From NCBI GenBank assembly GCA_964425075.1, contig CAYRKM010000002.1, positions 64,058-128,057 of the forward strand: DNA of 64,000 nucleotides, written 5' to 3'. The notes under the pieces are model-generated. The model did not search any database, was not told the origin of the DNA, and saw nothing but the letters and a program-made list of their open reading frames with translations. Each line of letters opens with the position of its first letter. Within the stretch, counting starts at the first letter, position 1. A program made the translations under genes and the position numbers. Below are positions 44,619 through 54,036 of this stretch, one piece after another. Source of the stretch: an uncultured Gammaproteobacteria bacterium (GTDB taxonomy: Bacteria; Patescibacteriota; Microgenomatia; Levybacterales; GWA1-39-11).

Positions 44619-45869
44619 ATGGATGATTTAGCACCAAATGACCACAAAAGACTTGGCCGCGAACTTGGTCTTTTTACGTTTTCCGACACTGTAGGAAAAG
44701 GACTGCCACTTTTTACCCCAAAAGGCTCAGTTATTAGACGCGAGTTAGAGCGTTTTATTGTTGACGAGGAGTTAAAGCGAGGCTACCAACACGTATATAC
44801 CCCTGACATTGCAAAGCTTGAATTGTATAAAAAATCAGGACATTATCCCTACTACAAAGACTCTATGTATGCCCCAATCACTATAGAGGATGAGGAATTT
44901 ATGCTTCGTCCCATGACTTGCCCTCATCATTTTGAGCTTTATCTTACTCGTCCACATAGCTACAAAGAACTTCCAATGAGAATCGCAGAGCTTGCAAAAC
45001 TGTATAGATTTGAGCAATCAGGTGAGCTAATGGGCCTGCAACGCGTACGGACATTTTGCCTAGCTGATGCCCATATTATTACCTCGCTTATAAATGTTGA
45101 AGAGGAAATCCAAAGCGTCCTTGATCTTATTGAATTTATTGCAAATACATTCAAACTCGAACAAGGAAAAGACTATCGTTATCGATTATCTTTGGGGGAC
45201 AGGAAGGACAGTAAGAAATACTTTAAAGATGATGCTTCTTGGGATATGGCAGAGAAAACTTTAAAAAAGGTATTAACCGACAGAAAAGCTCACTTTGTTG
45301 AAGCTGAAAATGAAGCAGCGTTTTATGGTCCAAAAATTGATATTCAAATGAAAAACACTAATGGTAAAGAGGATACAGCCTTTACTGTCCAGCATGACTT
45401 TGTTATGCCAAAACGTTTTGAATTAAGATATATAAATGAAAAAGGAGAAGAAGAGCAACCTGTTGTCATACACCGCTCATCAATTGGTGCAATTGAGCGT
45501 GTGATGGCTTTTTTAATAGAACACTATAAAGGCGCTTTCCCAATGTGGTTATCCCCTGTCCAGGCGGTTGTAATGGCAGTTTCTGATAAGTTTGATGCAT
45601 ACGCAAAAGAAGTATTTGAGGAGTTAAAAAGCAATGGGATTAGGGTTGAATTCGACAATTCTAATAACACGCTTGGTAACAAAATCCGTGAGGCTACTTT
45701 ACAAAAAGTACCCTACATGTGTATAATAGGCGGTCAGGAAGAACAAGAGTTTAAAGAAAGTGGAAAAAGAGTAATTACAGTAAGAACCCGAGAAGGAAAG
45801 GATCTGGGCAAGAAAGAACTTGACGAATTTATCAAGGGATTAAAAAAAGAAATTGAGACCAAACAATAA
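44619..45869 (+). CDS. thrS: threonyl-tRNA synthetase, catalytic core plus anticodon-binding domain only (no N-terminal TGS/editing domains)
   Basis: Starts at the class-II core (NDHKRLGRELGLF); motifs FMLRPMTCPHH and TVQHDFVMPKRF; 416 aa versus ~640 aa. Confidence 0.8.
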   Translation: MDDLAPNDHKRLGRELGLFTFSDTVGKGLPLFTPKGSVIRRELERFIVDEELKRGYQHVYTPDIAKLELYKKSGHYPYYKDSMYAPITIEDEEFMLRPMTCPHHFELYLTRPHSYKELPMRIAELAKLYRFEQSGELMGLQRVRTFCLADAHIITSLINVEEEIQSVLDLIEFIANTFKLEQGKDYRYRLSLGDRKDSKKYFKDDASWDMAEKTLKKVLTDRKAHFVEAENEAAFYGPKIDIQMKNTNGKEDTAFTVQHDFVMPKRFELRYINEKGEEEQPVVIHRSSIGAIERVMAFLIEHYKGAFPMWLSPVQAVVMAVSDKFDAYAKEVFEELKSNGIRVEFDNSNNTLGNKIREATLQKVPYMCIIGGQEEQEFKESGKRVITVRTREGKDLGKKELDEFIKGLKKEIETKQ

Positions 45870-46386
45870 ATTTCAAAAAAAAGAGTTTTACAGACGCAAT
45901 CACCAGATCCGGGCTGTAACAGTACGAGTAATTGATGCTGAGGCAAAGCAGGTTGGAGTAATGGCACTTTCTGAAGCCTTAAAAATGGCTGAGGAACAAG
46001 AACTTGACCTAGTTGAGGTTGCGCCGCTTGCTCAACCGCCAGTTGCAAAGCTAATTGATTACTCGAAATTTTTGTATCAACTCAAAAAAAAGAAACAAGA
46101 GGAGAAAAAGGGAGCAAAGACTTCCGAAACCAAACAAATCAGATTTGGTCCCTTTATCGGAGAACATGATTTGGATATAAAAATTAAGAAGGCGAAAGAA
46201 TTTTTGACTGACGGAGATAAAGTGAAATTTACAGTAAGATACACGGGACGGCAGATGGCACATCAAGAAGTGGGAAGAAAAGTATTAGAGCAGGTTATAG
46301 AGAAGCTAGGCGACCTTGCGAAAATCGAGAGAGAAATGAAAATGGAGGGCAGACAGTTAAATATGTTTGTCACTAAAAATAAATAA
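45853..46386 (+). CDS. infC: translation initiation factor IF-3
   Basis: IRAVTVRVIDAEAKQVGVM... matches IF-3 N- and C-domains. True start uncertain (IF-3 often uses a non-ATG start; the track start overlaps thrS by 17 nt). Confidence 0.8.
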   Translation: MRPNNKFQKKEFYRRNHQIRAVTVRVIDAEAKQVGVMALSEALKMAEEQELDLVEVAPLAQPPVAKLIDYSKFLYQLKKKKQEEKKGAKTSETKQIRFGPFIGEHDLDIKIKKAKEFLTDGDKVKFTVRYTGRQMAHQEVGRKVLEQVIEKLGDLAKIEREMKMEGRQLNMFVTKNK

Positions 46387-46470
46387 AGTAAAAGTCAGCT
46401 AACAACTAATATATGCCAAAATTAAACAAAGTTTGGTTTTGTCATATATCATTAGATTAAATAATTGAAT

Positions 46471-46668
46471 ATGCCAAAATTAAAAACTAAAAGAAGCGTT
46501 TCGAGAAGATTCAAGGTTACCAAAACCGGAAAAGTTCTGCGTGGATCTCAAATGAGAAGTCATTTACGTTCTAAAAAATCTAAAGGAACACAAAGAGCAT
46601 CCAAAGAGCAAAAATTTGTAACAGGAAAATTTGCGAAAAAAGTGAGACAAATGCTTGGAGAAGCATAA
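46471..46668 (+). CDS. rpmI: 50S ribosomal protein L35
   Basis: MPKLKTKRSVSRRFKVTKTGKVLR. Confidence 0.85.
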   Translation: MPKLKTKRSVSRRFKVTKTGKVLRGSQMRSHLRSKKSKGTQRASKEQKFVTGKFAKKVRQMLGEA

Positions 46669-46736
46669 AATCAGTTATTAGTTCTCAGGAGCAGTTGAGA
46701 ACAATAACTAATTACTAAAAACTAACAACTAAATTT

Positions 46737-47090
46737 ATGGCAAGAGTTAAAAGGGGAGTTGTTTCCCACAGAAAGCACAATAAAGTTCTAAACCTTACAA
46801 AAGGATATAGAGGAACTCGTTCAAAACTTATAAAAGTCGCGAAAGAGGCCTTACTGCACTCTGATGCATATGCTTATCATGGACGAAAGCGTCGAAAACG
46901 CGATATGCGAAGACTTTGGATTACGAGAATCGGGGAAGCAGTAAAGAAAGATGGCTACTCATACAGCGTGTTTATGAACGCATTGAAAACCAAAAAAATC
47001 GAAATTGATAGAAAGATCTTGTCACAACTTGTAACTGATGATCCTGACGCATTTACAATGGTTGTAAAAAAGGCTTTCGAGGGGAAGTAA
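46737..47090 (+). CDS. rplT: 50S ribosomal protein L20
   Basis: MARVKRGVVSHRKHNKVLNLTKGYRG. Confidence 0.9.
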   Translation: MARVKRGVVSHRKHNKVLNLTKGYRGTRSKLIKVAKEALLHSDAYAYHGRKRRKRDMRRLWITRIGEAVKKDGYSYSVFMNALKTKKIEIDRKILSQLVTDDPDAFTMVVKKAFEGK

Positions 47091-47113
47091 ATTTAGACTG
47101 AAATATACCTGAA

Positions 47114-47140
47114 GGCCTCCCAAACGGGAGGTTTTTTTGT
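47114..47140 (+). terminator. intrinsic terminator after rplT
   Basis: ggcctccc-aaac-gggagg followed by tttttttgtttt. Confidence 0.7.
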
Positions 47141-47553
47141 TTTCAAACATGAAGCATATTGAAGAAGTCGCAGTTGTGGTTATCGTAAACAGTAATGGAG
47201 AAGTGCTTGTAACTCAAAGGGATGATCCATCTACCCCTATAATTCATCTGAAGTGGCAACTACCAGGTGGAGGCAAAGAGAAAAACGAAACGCTTGAGGA
47301 AACATGCATCAGAGAGGCAAAAGAGGAAACTGGATTAACAGTTAAACTTGTTACAAAAACTCCTCATAAAATTACTCAAGAGCTTCCAAGAAGAAATTTG
47401 TTGCTTTGTGGTTTTAAGGCCATACCAACTTCTGGTACAATTAATACTGAACTTGATAAAGAAACGAGGGACGCAAAGTGGTTATCTCGAGATGAGATAA
47501 ATAAACTCGATTTGCTACCAAAAACAATTGAAATGATTGATGCGTGTTATTAA
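47137..47553 (+). CDS. NUDIX hydrolase
   Basis: Nudix box GGGKEKNETLEETCIREAKEETGL. Confidence 0.7.
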   Translation: MFSNMKHIEEVAVVVIVNSNGEVLVTQRDDPSTPIIHLKWQLPGGGKEKNETLEETCIREAKEETGLTVKLVTKTPHKITQELPRRNLLLCGFKAIPTSGTINTELDKETRDAKWLSRDEINKLDLLPKTIEMIDACY

Positions 47554-48593
47554 CTATGGAAGAAGAATTAATTAAAATCAAAAATGATGCTGTAGGGCTC
47601 TTGATGCATGAGACTGAGGATGGAATTGATGAAATTGCTCTGGATTTTTTGGGAAAACAAGGAAGGCTTACTACGATTATGAAAGAAATTCCAAAACTTC
47701 CTCCAGAGAAAAGACCAGAACTTGGAAAACTCGCAAATGAAATAAAAAAAACAATTGAGAGTCTGATAGAGGATAAAAGAAATGAGAAAAAAGCATCATC
47801 TTCAAGAGGTGCCAGGATAACTGGTGCAATTGATGTAACACAACCCGGTGTAAAACCTCCTCTTGGAACTCTCCATTTAGTAACACAGGCAATTAGTGAA
47901 ATTACAGCAATATTTGAGAAAATTGGATTTACTCGTGTCCGCTATCCTGAAGTAGAATTTGATTGGTACGCATTTGGCTCACTTAATTTTCCCGATAATC
48001 ATCCGGCACGGGATGACTGGGAAACTTTCTTTGTTGAACTTCCAACTGATTCACAGAAAGGTCCGATTTTACTTACTCCTCACACCTCGTCTGGTCAAGT
48101 TAGAGAGCTTGAAAAGGGTAATATGCCTGTAAAAATGCTTAACATTGCAAAATGTTATAGAAGACAAAGTGACGTTTCCCACACTCAAATGTTTCATCAA
48201 TTTGAAGGCCTTGTTGTTGCTGAAGGAATAAATATTTCTCATCTCAAAGGAGTGTTGGATTACTTTGTAAAGTCCTACTTTGGAGAGAAAAGAACGTTTC
48301 GTATTCGCCCATATCATTTCCAATTTACTGAACCATCATTTGAAATAGATATTTCCTGCGGTGTTTGTAATGGTAAGGGATGCAAGCTGTGTAAGGAAGG
48401 TTGGCTTGAATTGGGAGGAGCAGGAATGGTTCATCCTGAAGTTCTAAAAGCAGGAAAAGTAGATCCTAAGAAATATACTGGGTTTGCTTTTGGTTGGGGA
48501 GTTGAACGAGTTTTAATGATGAAAGAAGGACTTAGTATTGATGACCTTAGAATTCTTTATTCAAATGATCTTAATTTCCTAGAGCAATTCTAG
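47544..48593 (+). CDS. pheS: phenylalanyl-tRNA synthetase alpha subunit
   Basis: Class-II core motifs; conserved pheS-pheT adjacency. Confidence 0.9.
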   Translation: MLLTMEEELIKIKNDAVGLLMHETEDGIDEIALDFLGKQGRLTTIMKEIPKLPPEKRPELGKLANEIKKTIESLIEDKRNEKKASSSRGARITGAIDVTQPGVKPPLGTLHLVTQAISEITAIFEKIGFTRVRYPEVEFDWYAFGSLNFPDNHPARDDWETFFVELPTDSQKGPILLTPHTSSGQVRELEKGNMPVKMLNIAKCYRRQSDVSHTQMFHQFEGLVVAEGINISHLKGVLDYFVKSYFGEKRTFRIRPYHFQFTEPSFEIDISCGVCNGKGCKLCKEGWLELGGAGMVHPEVLKAGKVDPKKYTGFAFGWGVERVLMMKEGLSIDDLRILYSNDLNFLEQF

Positions 48594-48669
48594 ACTAGTC
48601 TATAGTCTTTAGTTCATGGTTTATAGTTAAAAAACTAAGGACTAAAAACTAATAACTAAAAACTGGATT

Positions 48670-50622
48670 ATGAATATTTTAATACCAAACAGTTGGCTAC
48701 AAGACCATCTTAAAACAAATGCAACTCCTGAGGAGTTTGCACGAGAAATGAGTCTTACAAGTGTCTCAATTGAGAGAATTGAGAAGGTTGGTGATGACTC
48801 TGTCTTTGATATAGAAATTACAACAAACAGACCTGACCTAATGTCTATTCAAGGAATTGCAAAGGAAGCTTCTGCTATACTTCCCCAAGCAGGTTTCAAC
48901 GCTAAATATATACCCCATGAATATAGTAAGACTTTAAAAACTGTTGAAAAAAATGACTTGTTGACAATATCTTATGACAAATCATTTATTAATCGCATTA
49001 TGGCAGTTGTAATAGACGTAAACCTTCATGATTCGTTAGATATTATTCGTGACAGACTTGAAAAAACCGGCATTCGAAGTATTAACAATATAGTTGATGT
49101 TACCAATTACATAATGCGCGAACTTGGTCATCCAACTCATGCATTTGATTATGACAAATTACAAACCCATACACTAAACATCCGAGAGTCAAAAAAAGGT
49201 GAAAAACTTACAACCTTGGACGGAAAAGAATATATTCTTCCTGGGGGAGACATAATAGCTGACAATGGAAAGGGTGAAATAGTTGATCTCTTGGGCATAA
49301 TGGGAACTGATAATATCGCAATAACTACAGACACAAAACGAATTGTACTTTTTATTAATAACAGTGACAGACATAAAATAAGAAAAACTTCTATGGCCCT
49401 TGGAATCCGTAGTGAAGCTGCGGTTTTGAACGAAAAAGGGGTCGACCCAGAGCTTGCCTTTCCTACGTTACTTAGGGGGGTAGAGCTTTACAAAGAGATA
49501 GCAAATGGAAATGTAGTTGGAGAAATTATTGATATTTATCCAAATCCCTTGAAAACAAAAAGGGTAAATATCGAAAAAGAAAAAATAAACTCAGTAATTG
49601 GAGTAGAGATAAAAGACGTAGTCATAAAAGACATATTAACCAATTTGGGGTTTGGTGTTTCTCAAAAAAATAATAGCTTCGAAATCACGGTTCCATCAAC
49701 AAGAGTTGCTGATATAGATATTCCTGAGGATATAATTGAGGAAGTTGCAAGAGTATATGGATATACAAAAATTCCAAATTTGCTCCCAACATTACCACAA
49801 CAAGCATATTATCATCAAGATAAAAATGAATTTTATTGGATTTCCAAACTTAAAGACGCATTTCAATTTTGGGGTTTTAATGAGGTGTATACATATTCAA
49901 TGGTCGCTGAAGAATTATTTGATGGTCCAATAAGTAATGCCGTTAAACTTAAGAATCCATTAACCGAAGATAGAACTTATCTTAGAAATACTATCACGCC
50001 AAGCATACTTGAAGTTGTAAGGATTAATAAGAACCGAGAATTCCTAAAGCTTTTTGAAATTGCGAATGTATACGTAAAACAAGCCAAAGGACTTCCAAAC
50101 GAGGTGCTTCATCTTGCGGGAGTTATTAAACATTCAAACATCACTTTTTATGAAATCAAAGGAATTGTTGAGCAAATTTTCTATATTCTGGGTATTGATT
50201 CCTACTCATTTAAAAAACGCACTGACGGGCTAAATGGAGCTTTCATTGTTTATGATAAAACACATATAGGTGGAATTGAAATCGAGGATGGTGAAGCGAC
50301 ATTTGAGATTGATATCCAAGAGCTAATAAAAAACGCAACAACTCACAAAAAATACAGTGAACCTACAAAATTTCCACCGGCGATTGAAGATGTAAGAATA
50401 GAAGTTTCTCAGCATTATACTTTTAAAGAAATTGCAGATATTATTTCTTCTCAAGACGATAGAATAAAAGATGTTAGCTTGCTTGATGTATATCAAAACA
50501 AAAAGACTTTCCGTGTGATTTTTATGGACAGAACAAAAAATTTAACAGCGGAAGATATAACCCCCATGAGAGAGAGAATTTATAAAGCATTAGAGTCCAA
50601 TTTTAAAGCTAAAATAGGCTGA
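48670..50622 (+). CDS. pheT: phenylalanyl-tRNA synthetase beta subunit (short form, 650 aa)
   Basis: B3/B4 and B5 region similarity; follows pheS. Confidence 0.85.
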   Translation: MNILIPNSWLQDHLKTNATPEEFAREMSLTSVSIERIEKVGDDSVFDIEITTNRPDLMSIQGIAKEASAILPQAGFNAKYIPHEYSKTLKTVEKNDLLTISYDKSFINRIMAVVIDVNLHDSLDIIRDRLEKTGIRSINNIVDVTNYIMRELGHPTHAFDYDKLQTHTLNIRESKKGEKLTTLDGKEYILPGGDIIADNGKGEIVDLLGIMGTDNIAITTDTKRIVLFINNSDRHKIRKTSMALGIRSEAAVLNEKGVDPELAFPTLLRGVELYKEIANGNVVGEIIDIYPNPLKTKRVNIEKEKINSVIGVEIKDVVIKDILTNLGFGVSQKNNSFEITVPSTRVADIDIPEDIIEEVARVYGYTKIPNLLPTLPQQAYYHQDKNEFYWISKLKDAFQFWGFNEVYTYSMVAEELFDGPISNAVKLKNPLTEDRTYLRNTITPSILEVVRINKNREFLKLFEIANVYVKQAKGLPNEVLHLAGVIKHSNITFYEIKGIVEQIFYILGIDSYSFKKRTDGLNGAFIVYDKTHIGGIEIEDGEATFEIDIQELIKNATTHKKYSEPTKFPPAIEDVRIEVSQHYTFKEIADIISSQDDRIKDVSLLDVYQNKKTFRVIFMDRTKNLTAEDITPMRERIYKALESNFKAKIG

Positions 50623-51083
50623 TGGCAGTTCTTGCAACACTTTGTTATCTTCAACAAAACGGTAAGACGTTAATGATATTTCCAACTGGTAAAAAAGATT
50701 CCCATTATAATGAAAAGTGGAATGGAGTAGGGGGGAAATTTAAGAGTGGTGAAACCCCTGAAGAATGCGCAATTCGCGAAATAAAAGAGGAAACAAGCCT
50801 TGCTGCAAAAAATCCCCAATTAGCAGGCATTCTTACTTTTCCTAAAATGACAGGAGGAGAAGATTGGTATGTCTTTGTATTTGTAATAAAAGAATTTTCT
50901 GGCAAACTAAAAGCATCAAAGGAAGGAAAACTTCAGTGGTTTGCGAACGAAGAAATTTTAAAACTTAATTTATGGGAGGGGGATTATATTTTCCTTCCAT
51001 GGTTATTTGCAGGTAAATTCTTCTTAGGGGAGTTTGTTTATGACGACGGCAAACTAAAAAACCATTCAGTTACCTTTTATTAG
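50622..51083 (+). CDS. NUDIX hydrolase (MutT-like)
   Basis: Nudix box GGKFKSGETPEECAIREIKEETSL. Confidence 0.7.
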   Translation: MAVLATLCYLQQNGKTLMIFPTGKKDSHYNEKWNGVGGKFKSGETPEECAIREIKEETSLAAKNPQLAGILTFPKMTGGEDWYVFVFVIKEFSGKLKASKEGKLQWFANEEILKLNLWEGDYIFLPWLFAGKFFLGEFVYDDGKLKNHSVTFY

Positions 51084-51099
51084 TTCGGGAAACAATCTA

Positions 51100-51489
51100 T
51101 TATTCCCCCAAAGCAAGTTTTTCTAAGCCCTCCTTTAATTGTTCGGGAGTCACCTGAAATTCATCACTAATAGTTCCGTTAACTTTATCCATAAACGACT
51201 CGTAATGTTGTCTTCTTTCCTCCAACGGAAAACTATCCATTTCTATTGGATCGGGACCTTCAAAAGTTCTGAGATAAAAAGTGTATTCTGTGTGTCCATT
51301 AAGCATTACGCTTGCTGCCACAATATTTTCTCTGTCAGGAGGCTTCATGTGATATACAAGACCTTATCCTATCTCACTGCTCACCCACCAAGAAGGTGTA
51401 TCTCCATCGTTATTAAGTGCAAGAGCATTAGCAACATCACTCCCAACAATTCCTAATGGTCCGAATATTATTCCTCGCTCATGTTGCAT
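51100..51489 (-). pseudogene. ORF interrupted by a single in-frame TAA (41 codons, stop, 5 codons, then the 82-aa track ORF)
   Basis: ATG at 51489 and the track ORF start at 51348 are in the same frame; the only stop between them is TAA at 51364-51366. Confidence 0.35.
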
Positions 51490-51545
51490 AGCGGCATTAT
51501 ATCAAACTCAGTGAGAGAAAGATGAAACTTTTTTATATGACGAAT

Positions 51546-53831
51546 TTACTGTTTGTAGTCTGATTTTTCTGTAATTCTCCTATATTTATCATCATCTTTA
51601 TAGTGCTCTGCTACCCACGCATCGATTGCCTCTTGCCAACGATTTTTTCCATCTGTTGAAACTGGATCGCTTTCTTCAAAATTTATGACGTCTTTTGTGT
51701 CATAATCATTTCGCGACACCTCGTCGTCTGATGCTAATTTACCTCCGTCGTGCTTTGACATTTTTAACGTTTTGTATATTGCAGCCTTTGTTGTAGGCTC
51801 TGTTCCTTTTACAAAATACTCAGTTCTTCGCGCCTGACCGTCAACAGGAAGTCCCCCACCAAGAGAATCAATCTCCATTGCAATTACATTTGATGGAACC
51901 TTAAATTCTTCATTCTTTTTACCCTTAAGGGCAGCCTGCATCACTCGATTCCATATAGGAGAAGCACCTGTTACACCCGAGGCAATGCGAGGGTCGAGTG
52001 GGGTATTGTCGTTGTTACCCACCCAAACTCCAACCACATATGATGGGGTGTATCCAACCGTCCAGTTATCCCTCTTTTGATCAGTAGTACCTGTCTTTAC
52101 AGCAACTGTCTTACCAGGAACGACAAGATAAGATCGGGTTCCAAATACATCCGCTCGTGCATTATTATCAAGAAGTATGTGGGAAATAATAAATGAAACC
52201 TCAGGGCTTAAAACTTGTTCTTCGCCTTCGTCTTTGTGCTTATATAATGTTTTTCCTTTTCTGTCTTTTACCTCAATAATCGAGAATGGTTCTTTTCTCT
52301 TGCCTTCCCTTGCAAAAACAGAATATGCAGACGTAATCTGAGTAAGGGACGCCTCGCGTCCTCCAAGAACAAGAGAAAGTCCCACGTTTTGCATATTTTT
52401 CGTTGTTGGCTCCCAATTTTCAATTCCCATTTCATACCCCTTTTGCATGACAGGTTTTATCCCAACTCGCGCAAGCATCTTAACAGCAGGCAAATTAAGA
52501 GAATTTCCTAATGCAAAACGTACCTGAACAGGACCGCGATACTTTCCATCGTAATTCACGGGTTTATAGGTCGGCTGTCCATCGATAGGAAATTCTGTAC
52601 CGACATCCATCAGGAGAGTAGAAGCTGTGTATCCCTTTTCAAGAGCTACAGCATATGTGATTGGCTTTAAAGAAGAACCCGGCTGTCTTAGAGCATTTGC
52701 TGCATTAAAATTTCCATCGTTATCAATATCAAAATAATCTTTACTTCCAACCATAGCCAAAATTCCACCACTTTTAACATCCTCCACAACTACTGCTGCA
52801 TTATTCACTTTGAAATTCTTGAACTTTTCAAACTCACTGGTGACTACCTCTTCTGCATCTGCCTGCAACTCATCATCAAGCGTTGTTGTAATACTAAGAT
52901 TACCATTCTCGACTAAATTCTCGTCGAACATGTTTACCAATTGCTGTCTTACGTACATTACGAAATGTGGTGCTTTAATACTTTCTGTTCTGCGCTCTTT
53001 AAATTGAAGTTTCTTAACTTCTTCAAGAGACTTTTCCTCCTGCTGCTTTGAAATGTATCCATCTTCCCGCATGCGTCTAAGTACTGCCTCAGTTCTTCCA
53101 ATATAAGCTTTGTCCTTGTTCTGATATGGTGAGTAATAAGATGGGAGCTGTGGAAGACCTGCTAGAAACGCGCTTTCGGCAAGAGTGAGTTCTTTTGCTT
53201 TTTTTGCAAAGTATAGGTTACTTGCAGCCTCAACGCCAACAGCTGTACCTCCATATGGAATATTATTCAAATACATTTCAAGAATTTCATCTTTTTTATA
53301 CCGGCTGTCTACCTGAATTGCGAGTATCAGTTCTTTAAGTTTTCTCGTGGCACTACGCTCAGGAGACAATAAAGCATTTTTCACTAACTGCTGAGTTATT
53401 GTTGAACCACCACTTGCGCGACCCTTAAATATGGGGTCTAACACCAAACCACGAATCGTTCCCGTAATGGAAAATCCTTGATTGGAGTAAAAATTTTTAT
53501 CTTCAATTGCGATTGTTGCATGCTTAAGATTATCGGGAATATCTTTAAGAGGAACATAAATCCTGTTGTAGTCTTTATAAAAAGAGTATAGAAGGTCTCC
53601 ATCCTTATCAAGAATTCTTGTTGAGTCCTTAATGTCTCCATTGGCAAGTTTTCCCGGCTCTGGAATATCGCGACTAACCCACAATATATAGAAAAAACCC
53701 AAAACAATAAACCCAATGAGTCCAAAAAAAGCAAATTTTGCAGCTCTATTTGCAAGAAAAGCTCTGTGTGAAGAAAGGAGTAGGCCTCGTTTTATAGCAT
53801 TGCGCTTCAGCCTACTACTATAATGTCGCAT
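51546..53831 (-). CDS. class A penicillin-binding protein (PBP1A-type)
   Basis: GT51 motifs (EDKNFYSNQG, GGSTITQQ); transpeptidase SxxK (GSSLKP), SLN, KTGT. Confidence 0.85.
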   Translation of the reverse strand: MRHYSSRLKRNAIKRGLLLSSHRAFLANRAAKFAFFGLIGFIVLGFFYILWVSRDIPEPGKLANGDIKDSTRILDKDGDLLYSFYKDYNRIYVPLKDIPDNLKHATIAIEDKNFYSNQGFSITGTIRGLVLDPIFKGRASGGSTITQQLVKNALLSPERSATRKLKELILAIQVDSRYKKDEILEMYLNNIPYGGTAVGVEAASNLYFAKKAKELTLAESAFLAGLPQLPSYYSPYQNKDKAYIGRTEAVLRRMREDGYISKQQEEKSLEEVKKLQFKERRTESIKAPHFVMYVRQQLVNMFDENLVENGNLSITTTLDDELQADAEEVVTSEFEKFKNFKVNNAAVVVEDVKSGGILAMVGSKDYFDIDNDGNFNAANALRQPGSSLKPITYAVALEKGYTASTLLMDVGTEFPIDGQPTYKPVNYDGKYRGPVQVRFALGNSLNLPAVKMLARVGIKPVMQKGYEMGIENWEPTTKNMQNVGLSLVLGGREASLTQITSAYSVFAREGKRKEPFSIIEVKDRKGKTLYKHKDEGEEQVLSPEVSFIISHILLDNNARADVFGTRSYLVVPGKTVAVKTGTTDQKRDNWTVGYTPSYVVGVWVGNNDNTPLDPRIASGVTGASPIWNRVMQAALKGKKNEEFKVPSNVIAMEIDSLGGGLPVDGQARRTEYFVKGTEPTTKAAIYKTLKMSKHDGGKLASDDEVSRNDYDTKDVINFEESDPVSTDGKNRWQEAIDAWVAEHYKDDDKYRRITEKSDYKQ

Positions 53832-54036
53832 AAGATATATTATAGCAGTTTTCGCTTTGAGGGCGAAAACTGATACAAGCTGTGCTTAAAGCAGTTTTCG
53901 CTTTGCGCAGATTTCAATAAAAATTATTTCAGCGTTTTATTGTTGAAATAAGGTTCAAATTCAGCGTATAATGTAGTTATTATATAAACAAACCCATGAA
54001 TTTCATCTTGAAGAGTTTGCGAAATATAATTATCAC

